Source: a virus. From it: a stretch of 29,997 nt of DNA. This document shows, in pieces, positions 23,708 to 29,997 of this stretch (position 1 is the first letter of the stretch; the number at the start of each line of letters is the position of its first letter). A model generated the notes under the pieces. That model was not told where the DNA came from. It worked only from the letters and a program-made list of their open reading frames with translations, and searched no databases. The position numbers and the translations under genes were made by a program. The DNA is taken from positions 1-29,997 of IMG/VR virus record IMGVR_UViG_3300044580_000244; one strand, 5' to 3'.

Positions 23708-24493
23708 TCATTTTCCTACATTCTCCCAATAGTATTCTGGTTCTATCTGTATGAAATCGTGCCTGCAATTGTATTCTCTTTCTCCTGCAGTTTCAGCTTC
23801 GAAAGCGATGCGTTCCTCATCAGTGAAGAATGGTGCATTCGGAAATCTGCTGTCAGGATCCACGCCAAGACCTATTCTGCAGGCGGGACGAGTGAGGTCA
23901 TCTATAGGTCCTTGATATTCCCAGAAGAGCTCGCCTTCATATTCATCTTTATTGGCGTATTCTACTGCCTGAATGAATTCTCCTCTGCTCGTATTGAAAT
24001 AGGTCGTTGCGTATCGCTTCAGGTTATTTTCCAGCACATCCCGTATCTGCTGGATAGCATCTTCACTGTCTATGCCTGCTATTACGCTCTTCACTATTAT
24101 GTGCTGTATATTTCGCATTTCTTGTGCTGCCACGGATTGAAACTGTGTCGCATAGATAGCAGACATTCCCTGAAGCTTCTCTGCAGTCTGCATTGTGAAT
24201 GCGAGAGGCACGGCACCTTCAGGTCGGTGTTCACGCATATACTTCAGGATATCGTTCTCTTTCTCTTGTGCCGCCTGCACGAGCTCATTGAAACCGCTTT
24301 CCTGAAGCATCTGCTGAAGTGCTGCATAACTCTGATACGCCTGCTGGACATTGATATCACTGTATATCAGGATGCCATTGGTAGTCTGGAAATCGCCTAT
24401 CAGCATCTCAATTCTTTTCTGGAACGCACTTAGAACCTTATCCAGGTTTCTTTCGAACCATTCTATCTGCTCATCTAAGATTTTGTCATACAT
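23708..24493 (-). CDS. Minor head protein, Mu F / SPP1 gp7-like
   Basis: It lies directly after the portal gene (TAATG overlap). WEYQGPIDDLTRPACRIGLG matches the conserved D..tRp.c motif of this family. Confidence 0.7.
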   Translation of the reverse strand: MYDKILDEQIEWFERNLDKVLSAFQKRIEMLIGDFQTTNGILIYSDINVQQAYQSYAALQQMLQESGFNELVQAAQEKENDILKYMREHRPEGAVPLAFTMQTAEKLQGMSAIYATQFQSVAAQEMRNIQHIIVKSVIAGIDSEDAIQQIRDVLENNLKRYATTYFNTSRGEFIQAVEYANKDEYEGELFWEYQGPIDDLTRPACRIGLGVDPDSRFPNAPFFTDEERIAFEAETAGEREYNCRHDFIQIEPEYYWENVGK

Positions 24494-25884
24494 TATTCGA
24501 ACATTCCCGTGGTCAGATTAGGAGTGCGATATATCGCATTCTCGCTATCTATCTGCTTTTTTCTTTCTATGGCGCCCTGACGGTCTAAGTCCTGATTATC
24601 TTCCATTATGGCGTCTATGATGGACATTGTCCCATTCGCCAGTTTCAATGTGCGTATCTGCTCCAGCTCCATCTGATTCGGTGTTACCTGAACATCGGCA
24701 TAGTCTATGTTTATGTCTGCATCAGTAGGCAGATTGACTTTCCCGTATATCCTTTTGCAATCCATAATTAGCTGGACTAATTCTCTGATTGATTCACGAT
24801 ATACTGAGCGTTTCGCCTGATTGTGGTCTATTACGCCAGTCATTGAAAGCCTGAGCTGATAGCCTGAGCTATAGTTCGCACCACCACGAATGAAATCAGT
24901 AGAAATGCCCAGCAATGCAGCAGCGAGAGATATCTGGTCATTGATGACCTGCCAGATGCTATTGAGATTCACACCAGGATTAATGTAATACGCTTTGCCT
25001 TGCAAGGTTCCCGTTATTTTATCCTTCGGGATATTCAAGAAACGGCTCACATTCGAGGTAATGACCTGCGATTCAGGCATTCCTTCTGTCACCATAGTAG
25101 CGAAAGATTGGAAGTCTATGCCCATATTGAATGCAGTCAATTGCAAGTTCGCTGTCTCATTCGCTTTCATAATGGGATACCCACTATCAATCCAGAAACG
25201 GTTCATTGGAAGCTCAATAGAAAACCATATCACAGGAATACGCCCATAGACATTGGGAGCTTCCGTGCCAGGTATAGGCTCTATCTTTCCATTCATCAGA
25301 ATCTCTATTTCCTGATAGGTGTCCTCAGTCCAGAACGCATAGCGATTGCCTTTCTGAGCGATGAGTGTATTCTCACGGTTCAGAATAGGATATGCGAGTG
25401 CGTCTAATTGTGTCGGGTCTTTCTCATTCTGCCATACAGTCACTTTGTCTGGCGTTATGAGTTGCAAGTATACACGGTCTCGCTTTGCGTCATAATGCGG
25501 AAGCACGCCTACCTGGTGGCAAGTCTCACAGATACGGTCAATCTGTCCTAAGACCTGATAGAGCTTGCATTCATCGAGTAGCTTCGAGAATGCTTCTGCA
25601 ATTGCTGAAGTCTCATCAATGCCCTTTAGATTGATTGCGGGGTCGCTCTGGAAAAGCTTCGCCAATTGACGCACCATTGATTTCGAAAGCGGAATAGTAA
25701 CCATAAACGGCAATACATCTGTATAGGTGTTGGGATAGCGGTATCGGAGCGCTTTCTCAAGAAATGGTTCCTGAATATCGTCATAATAGCAGAGAGCCTT
25801 GTAGGCACGCTTTTTTCTACGCTCTTCATTCTTAATGAGGGCTTCTATCTGTGCGTATTGGATAAGAACTTCAGAATAGCTCAT
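24493..25884 (-). CDS. Portal protein
   Basis: 463 aa, immediately after terL. I prefer ATG 25884, which forms an ATGA overlap with the terL stop. The track start 25896 is TTG. Confidence 0.85.
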   Translation of the reverse strand: MSYSEVLIQYAQIEALIKNEERRKKRAYKALCYYDDIQEPFLEKALRYRYPNTYTDVLPFMVTIPLSKSMVRQLAKLFQSDPAINLKGIDETSAIAEAFSKLLDECKLYQVLGQIDRICETCHQVGVLPHYDAKRDRVYLQLITPDKVTVWQNEKDPTQLDALAYPILNRENTLIAQKGNRYAFWTEDTYQEIEILMNGKIEPIPGTEAPNVYGRIPVIWFSIELPMNRFWIDSGYPIMKANETANLQLTAFNMGIDFQSFATMVTEGMPESQVITSNVSRFLNIPKDKITGTLQGKAYYINPGVNLNSIWQVINDQISLAAALLGISTDFIRGGANYSSGYQLRLSMTGVIDHNQAKRSVYRESIRELVQLIMDCKRIYGKVNLPTDADINIDYADVQVTPNQMELEQIRTLKLANGTMSIIDAIMEDNQDLDRQGAIERKKQIDSENAIYRTPNLTTGMFE

Positions 25885-27125
25885 AATCGCACCCAATCCC
25901 TGTTCTGTTCTTTCTCCAGTGAATTGATCAATATCACATTTCTCAATGCGTCAGATATATGCGTGAGCATCGTTCCTGCAGGCTTCTCAATCTGCCCATA
26001 ATTGTCGGTCACCACCTGCTCCAAGTCAGCAATGAGATGCGTGCACGACGGATCAATGATTATCCTGTCGTGGTCGAATGCACCATTGGTCAGGTTCAGG
26101 CTACGACGCTGAGTGAATCCATATCTATACCGAAGTTCGAAACCTTTTCGCTGTAATATTTCCAGGTCAGAGATATCGGAGCTCGTTTTCCGTGAACCTC
26201 CAGTGGGATCAGGATAAATGATAATAGGATAGTCTCCGCCGTAATCAGCATAAATCAAGTCTGCCAGCATAAAAGTATTAGAATTCAGGACATAGTATTC
26301 ACTGAAGACCTTGTAAACATCGCCATCGAAATATCCCACACACGCAGTCATAGGATGCACATTGAAATCGACGCCTATATGCAATACAGTGCCCTTCGGA
26401 GGTTTCGGGACTTCAGCAATGTGTCGTTCTCGCTGGAATGCGTAATATGCTGCCAATGAATTGAGATTCACGAATTCGCCCTCCAGATAAGCTCGTGCCA
26501 TATTTCTGTCATAGCTCGCTAATATGTCGTCAATGTAAGATTTGCTGAGGTGGTAATTGTCATAGGTTCTTGCACGGATTAATTTCGTTCCTGGATTCGG
26601 TTTGTGCTGTAGAATTTCATAGCAGGTGGAAAATCCTTCAGGTGAGCTCACGAGATAGAATTGCGAGTCTGTGCGTCCTCTCAGTCTTTCACGGAAGCGC
26701 TTCACTATCTTTTCACCTTTCGGCATAGGTATAGAATCCAGTTCATCTACGCCTGCATCCGTGAAAGTCTCGCCAATGATTCGTTCTGGATGCTGAAGCG
26801 ATTTGATTGCGAACCGCCCGAATACGCAGGTAATCTGAAGTCCTGAAGTATTCGCAGTGAACGGGATATTGCAACTTTCCAGAAGCTCGCAGAAGGGATA
26901 GAAAAAGATATTCTTTCCCATCTCGTATGTAGGATAGCCTATGCCTATATTCGCTTTCGCATTCGCACCAGGACGGCTCATCAGGCATATCAGGGTCTTG
27001 AACAGGAATGCAACACTTTTCCCTGAACCAAGACCGCCCACAAGTCCAAGCGTGCGATCCCAAGAATTCAGGAACTCCCACTGATGCGGGAGAAAGTCTT
27101 CTTCGTGAAGTTCAATCTTCAGCAT
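25881..27125 (-). CDS. terL: Terminase large subunit
   Basis: Walker A is GGLGSGKS and Walker B is AGVDELD. A nuclease-domain acidic motif IGVDFN is present. Size is 414 aa. Confidence 0.9.
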   Translation of the reverse strand: MLKIELHEEDFLPHQWEFLNSWDRTLGLVGGLGSGKSVAFLFKTLICLMSRPGANAKANIGIGYPTYEMGKNIFFYPFCELLESCNIPFTANTSGLQITCVFGRFAIKSLQHPERIIGETFTDAGVDELDSIPMPKGEKIVKRFRERLRGRTDSQFYLVSSPEGFSTCYEILQHKPNPGTKLIRARTYDNYHLSKSYIDDILASYDRNMARAYLEGEFVNLNSLAAYYAFQRERHIAEVPKPPKGTVLHIGVDFNVHPMTACVGYFDGDVYKVFSEYYVLNSNTFMLADLIYADYGGDYPIIIYPDPTGGSRKTSSDISDLEILQRKGFELRYRYGFTQRRSLNLTNGAFDHDRIIIDPSCTHLIADLEQVVTDNYGQIEKPAGTMLTHISDALRNVILINSLEKEQNRDWVRL

Positions 27126-27489
27126 TGGGATCTGATTCCGGATCTGATTCTGCTAATTGCTTAGGTTTCAGGACTATCGTTATATCAGAAAGACGCTCAG
27201 TATCAGGGATATCCTTCTGACCGAGATATTGTTTACCGAGCCAGATAGCCATAGCCGCATTTCTATCAGCCAATCTCCATTGTTTGCGTCGTAAATCCAG
27301 CTTTCCGTTTTCTAAGCCTTTTTTGTAAGCTTCCTGAAATTCTTTGTGCCCACTGAGCGTAGATGGCGGTATACCGAACCACGCAGAGCATTCCTTGATT
27401 GTGCATTGAAGCCTTCCCAGCTTTTCAGCCTGCTCCAGATCAATCTGCGTCTTAGGTCTACCTGTTTTCTTCTTAGGTTTAGTATCCAT
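27112..27489 (-). CDS. terS: Terminase small subunit (HTH type)
   Basis: The signature is KKKTGRPKT..LEQAEKLGRLQCTIKECSAWFGIPPSTL...NAAMAIWLGKQYLGQKD. It overlaps the terL start. Confidence 0.85.
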   Translation of the reverse strand: MDTKPKKKTGRPKTQIDLEQAEKLGRLQCTIKECSAWFGIPPSTLSGHKEFQEAYKKGLENGKLDLRRKQWRLADRNAAMAIWLGKQYLGQKDIPDTERLSDITIVLKPKQLAESDPESDPNAED

Positions 27490-27513
27490 ATTTAACCTAA
27501 AAATATTTTATTA

Positions 27514-28284
27514 TCAAACATTAAAATAATCCATTTCCCTTTCAGGAAATCTGAACATTGACTCATCTCCGAACTTAGCCAAATCATTTTTAACATAGAA
27601 TTTCAGACCCAATTCACGACATAGTTTCACAGCATCCACCAGGAAAGTTTTCCAATCAATTTCTTTTTCCCACGGATGATTATTTAATTTTCCTATTTTT
27701 ATATGGTCAATAAAACCAGAAATCATTTCAATCATTTTCAGGGTCTGATCAGGAAACAAGACAGGCTCAAAACTTACCCAAGTTTTTATACCATTTTCAG
27801 AAAATATCTTCAAGGCTTCAATCCGTTCACTTCCCACAGGAGCTCCAGGCTCATATCTCTTTGAATCGCTATCGTTTAAACAAGTTAAAGTTGCACCTAC
27901 TTTGATATACTCGAAATCGCTGATAATATCAATATCCCGCAAGGCTTTCATAGGATTTTTTGTCAGTATGGAAATATGACATTGATTGTCGAACATAGCA
28001 CACAGAACTTCCCTTGTTTGACCGCTTTCGAATCCACAATAGGGATCACCCGTAAATGAAAGCAATATTTGTTTGTCTCCATTTCTTGATTTTCGGAACC
28101 GCTCACATTCTCTATATATACCCGAAACAGAACAACTGACTTCATTATGGATATAATCAGGATTAAAAGTTTTCATAAGACTTGGAACATAGCAATATAA
28201 ACATCCGTGGTCACAACCCTTGAAATAATTGAGAGCGAAAGGGCTATATTCCCTTGCTTTTCCCTTAGGTTCATAAATTTTCAT
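27514..28284 (-). CDS. Radical SAM protein, SplB / COG1533 'DNA repair photolyase'-like
   Basis: CDHGCLYC is a CxxxCxxC cluster in the context NYFKGCDHGCLYCYVPS. Downstream SFTGDPY, ILTKNP and SFEPV motifs fit that clade. RBS AAGGAGtaaacaATG. Confidence 0.75.
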   Translation of the reverse strand: MKIYEPKGKAREYSPFALNYFKGCDHGCLYCYVPSLMKTFNPDYIHNEVSCSVSGIYRECERFRKSRNGDKQILLSFTGDPYCGFESGQTREVLCAMFDNQCHISILTKNPMKALRDIDIISDFEYIKVGATLTCLNDSDSKRYEPGAPVGSERIEALKIFSENGIKTWVSFEPVLFPDQTLKMIEMISGFIDHIKIGKLNNHPWEKEIDWKTFLVDAVKLCRELGLKFYVKNDLAKFGDESMFRFPEREMDYFNV

Positions 28285-28846
28285 TGTTTACTCCTTTTAT
28301 CATTGTTGTATCAAAACACAAGTAATGTTTTCTGTCAAGAGATTTTATTGAATAATGATCAATTTTGTTAGCTAAAAGATAGGTTTCTAATACTTCTAAC
28401 GGTTTTTTCGTAAATAAGGTTCTCGCTTTTCGTATCATTTCAGGTGTAAATCCTGATTGCATCAATATAGCAGTTGGTAAGTTTCCGTAAAAGCTTTGAA
28501 TGAAAGTAACAAATACTATACCTTGATATTTTTTTTTGAAAAGTAATTGCATCTGAGCAAAAGGAATACCATAAGCATCAAGATCAACTATATCAAACCT
28601 GCCTAAGTCAATTCCAGCAAGGACTTTCAGATTATCACAAACAATATCTATTTTATCAAAATAATTTTTTTTATCGATAGATAATGTTCTTATTTTCTTG
28701 TTTGTTCTCTTTTGCACCAGATTCCAGATAGTTCCTTTTCCGGCAAAAGCATCCAAAACAATGATTTCATTCTTTTCTGGAAGATGATTAAGGCGGAGTG
28801 TCACTTTCGCTTCCAAATATGAATTATTAGTTTTGTGACTGCTCAA
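28271..28846 (-). CDS. SAM-dependent methyltransferase (Rossmann; Trm1-like DxDAYG catalytic loop)
   Basis: Motif I is IIVLDAFAGKGTIW and the motif IV-like loop is FDIVDLDAYGIP. The track start 28846 is TTG, and GTG at codon 15 is possible. It overlaps both neighbouring genes. Confidence 0.7.
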   Translation of the reverse strand: MSSHKTNNSYLEAKVTLRLNHLPEKNEIIVLDAFAGKGTIWNLVQKRTNKKIRTLSIDKKNYFDKIDIVCDNLKVLAGIDLGRFDIVDLDAYGIPFAQMQLLFKKKYQGIVFVTFIQSFYGNLPTAILMQSGFTPEMIRKARTLFTKKPLEVLETYLLANKIDHYSIKSLDRKHYLCFDTTMIKGVNNENL

Positions 28847-29354
28847 TTTTCACACCATCAATTTTCTTCAGCTCAGAAATGAGCGATTTCGCATCCAAAA
28901 CTTTGTCAAGAGGGACAGAAACGAGATAATGCACTTGCTTGATAGGCACGATTATTTGTTCTTTTTCGTCAATATCTTGGCTCATTATTTCTGGAAGGTC
29001 CAAACCCATTTCTTCGATTGAATCCAAAAAATCGCTGAATTCAGCTTCAAGAATTTCGAAGTCCCAATCGCCAGCCTGAATATTATCACGGATAATGAAC
29101 TCTCTTTTCTCTTTTTCCGTAAGTTCATCTGCACTTTTCACCCAATCGTCAGGGATTTCTTTCATTCCGAGATCACGGATGGCAAGAAGTCGCTGATTTC
29201 CTCCTAAGACTTCCATAGTATCGGGATCATATACGATTGGACGCAATGACATCATTTTCGGGAACTTTTCTATTGAGTATTTTAATTTCTCCATTTGGTC
29301 TGGAGATATCTTACGGGGATTTTTTTTATTTAATTTCAATTGCGACACTTTCAT
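28827..29354 (-). CDS. ParB/Srx N-terminal (ParB-like nuclease) domain protein
   Basis: The sequence is LKLNKKNPRKISPDQMEKLKYSIEKFPKMMSLRPIVYDP..EVLGGNQRLLAIRDLG. It is the first long gene behind promoter P3. Confidence 0.8.
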   Translation of the reverse strand: MKVSQLKLNKKNPRKISPDQMEKLKYSIEKFPKMMSLRPIVYDPDTMEVLGGNQRLLAIRDLGMKEIPDDWVKSADELTEKEKREFIIRDNIQAGDWDFEILEAEFSDFLDSIEEMGLDLPEIMSQDIDEKEQIIVPIKQVHYLVSVPLDKVLDAKSLISELKKIDGVKIEQSQN

Positions 29355-29452
29355 AGAATTGCCCCTTGATACGCACAGGATACCATTTTAATACCTTTTG
29401 GTCTTTTTTTGTCTTTAGAAAGTCTAAACTTTATCATTTCCATCCTGAGCAT

Positions 29453-29480
29453 AAAATAATCAAGCCTAAAAACTTGTCAA
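29453..29480 (-). promoter_or_regulatory. Candidate promoter P3 (TTGACA-N16-TATTTT), leftward
   Basis: On the minus strand: aaaaaaaagacTTGACAagtttttaggcttgatTATTTTat. The downstream element GATTATTTTAT is identical to that of P4. Confidence 0.6.
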
Positions 29481-29513
29481 GTCTTTTTTTTGATTTTTGA
29501 TGAAAATCCATAA

Positions 29514-29660
29514 TTATTTTTTCTTCTTCTCAGTTTTTATGTGTTTGAACATCTCTATTTGCATCAATCGTTTCTCTGCCTCTTCTTTACTTTTGTATGT
29601 ACCCAGATTTCTCCCTGTATGGTCTTTCACGGTCCATCCTTTGTTTGTGCGAACTATCAT
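29514..29660 (-). CDS. Small conserved basic phage protein (48 aa)
   Basis: I prefer ATG 29660 (AGAGGcgtatATG). The track start 29723 lies inside the P4 -35 box. Translation: MIVRTNKGWTVKDHTGRNLGTYKSKEEAEKRLMQIEMFKHIKTEKKKK. This follows a GW.V....G...G.Y.S.EEA..RL pattern I recall from many phage genomes. Confidence 0.65.
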   Translation of the reverse strand: MIVRTNKGWTVKDHTGRNLGTYKSKEEAEKRLMQIEMFKHIKTEKKKK

Positions 29661-29695
29661 ATACGCCTCTGAAGATATTATTCTCTCTCGTAGAT

Positions 29696-29723
29696 AAAAT
29701 AATCTGGTTTTTTTGCTTGTCAA
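29696..29723 (-). promoter_or_regulatory. Candidate promoter P4 (TTGACA-N16-TATTTT), leftward
   Basis: On the minus strand: aaaaaagttcTTGACAagcaaaaaaaccagatTATTTTat. It lies about 30 nt upstream of the 48-aa gene. Confidence 0.6.
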
Positions 29724-29861
29724 GAACTTTTTTCAGTTTTTATGCAGGAAAGCGAAAATAATTTCAGCTTGAAGTCTGAAGAGTTGAACAGGAAAGACTT
29801 CGGCGGGAACTGAGAAAACAAAAAAAATATAGTTGGTAAGGAAAAAAACAAAACTTCACCA

Positions 29862-29890
29862 GAAAAAAGGCAAAAAAAGCCGTTTTTGCC
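29862..29890 (-). terminator. Weak AT-rich hairpin plus T-run (terminator-like on the minus strand)
   Basis: GGCAAAAA-aagccg-TTTTTGCC. On the minus strand it is followed by TTTTTTC. No upstream minus-strand gene is apparent, so any role would be as an insulator. Confidence 0.25.
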
Positions 29891-29930
29891 CAAAAAATTC
29901 TTTCTTTCTTTTTCTCTTTTTATATTTTCT

Positions 29931-29997
29931 AATTCTAGTTCTAATTCTAATTCTAATTCTAATTCTAATTCTAATTCTAATTCTAATTCTAATTCTA
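29931..29997. repeat. Hexanucleotide tandem array: AATTCT, AGTTCT, (AATTCT)x9 plus a partial unit; same sequence and orientation as 1..55
   Basis: Read directly. 29943..29997 is identical to 1..55. Confidence 0.97.

Noticed and set aside
23675-24433. 252-aa plus-strand ORF
   Set aside because: It is antisense to the MuF-like head gene. It has a C/F/L-rich, implausible composition and no RBS.
29355-29447. 30-aa upstream ORF (MEMIKFRLSKDKKRPKGIKMVSCAYQGAIL) whose TGA overlaps the ParB-domain gene ATG
   Set aside because: It has no usable RBS, since the AGGA abuts the ATG, and it is very short. It could be a leader peptide, but the sequence alone gives no support.
1-29997. Alternative genetic code or stop-codon reassignment
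   Set aside because: All long ORFs close with TAA, TGA or TAG at positions consistent with tight operon packing and downstream RBS/ATG pairs. No gene looks interrupted by a recurrent in-frame stop.
1-29997. Lysogeny module, tRNA genes or N15-type protelomerase telomeres
   Set aside because: I recognised no integrase, recombinase, CI-like repressor or protelomerase-sized ORF, and no cloverleaf-like tRNA. The terminal repeats are direct tandem hexamers, not the inverted palindromes of hairpin telomeres.

Overview
The window looks like a complete tailed-phage genome of about 30 kb, with siphovirus-type late-gene synteny. Both ends are the same AATTCT hexanucleotide array, which implies terminal redundancy or a circularly closed assembly.

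Two divergent transcription arms leave one non-coding hub of about 1.2 kb (29724..29997 joined to 1..914). In order, the hub holds the 6-bp microsatellite, seven 12-bp iterons, about 300 bp of helically phased A-tracts, and a duplicated 104-bp promoter module. Four copies of one promoter (TTGACA-N16-TATnnT) sit there, two firing rightward and two leftward.

- **Rightward (+) arm, 915..10318:** early and replication genes. These are a DUF4373-like replication organiser, a DnaC-like loader, RusA, a DUF669-like protein, and RecT with a long C-terminal extension. There are also many small CxxC zinc-ribbon and single-TM proteins and an AT-rich island (about 8450..9600).
- **Leftward (-) arm, 29660..10359:** a small conserved basic protein, then a coupled ParB-domain / methyltransferase / SplB-like radical-SAM trio. 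Next come TerS, TerL, portal, a MuF-like protein, scaffold, major capsid and head-tail proteins. The tail genes follow: major tail protein, a tail chaperone pair with a clean A_AAA_AAC -1 frameshift, tape measure, tail tip, fibre and a 21-aa-repeat LRR-like protein. An M15 peptidase endolysin ends the arm.

I saw no integrase, repressor, tRNA, rRNA or CRISPR array. Strong AGGAGG-type ribosome binding sites and sigma-70-like promoters are used throughout, and the standard genetic code fits.

Product names come from motif recognition by eye. No database search was run.
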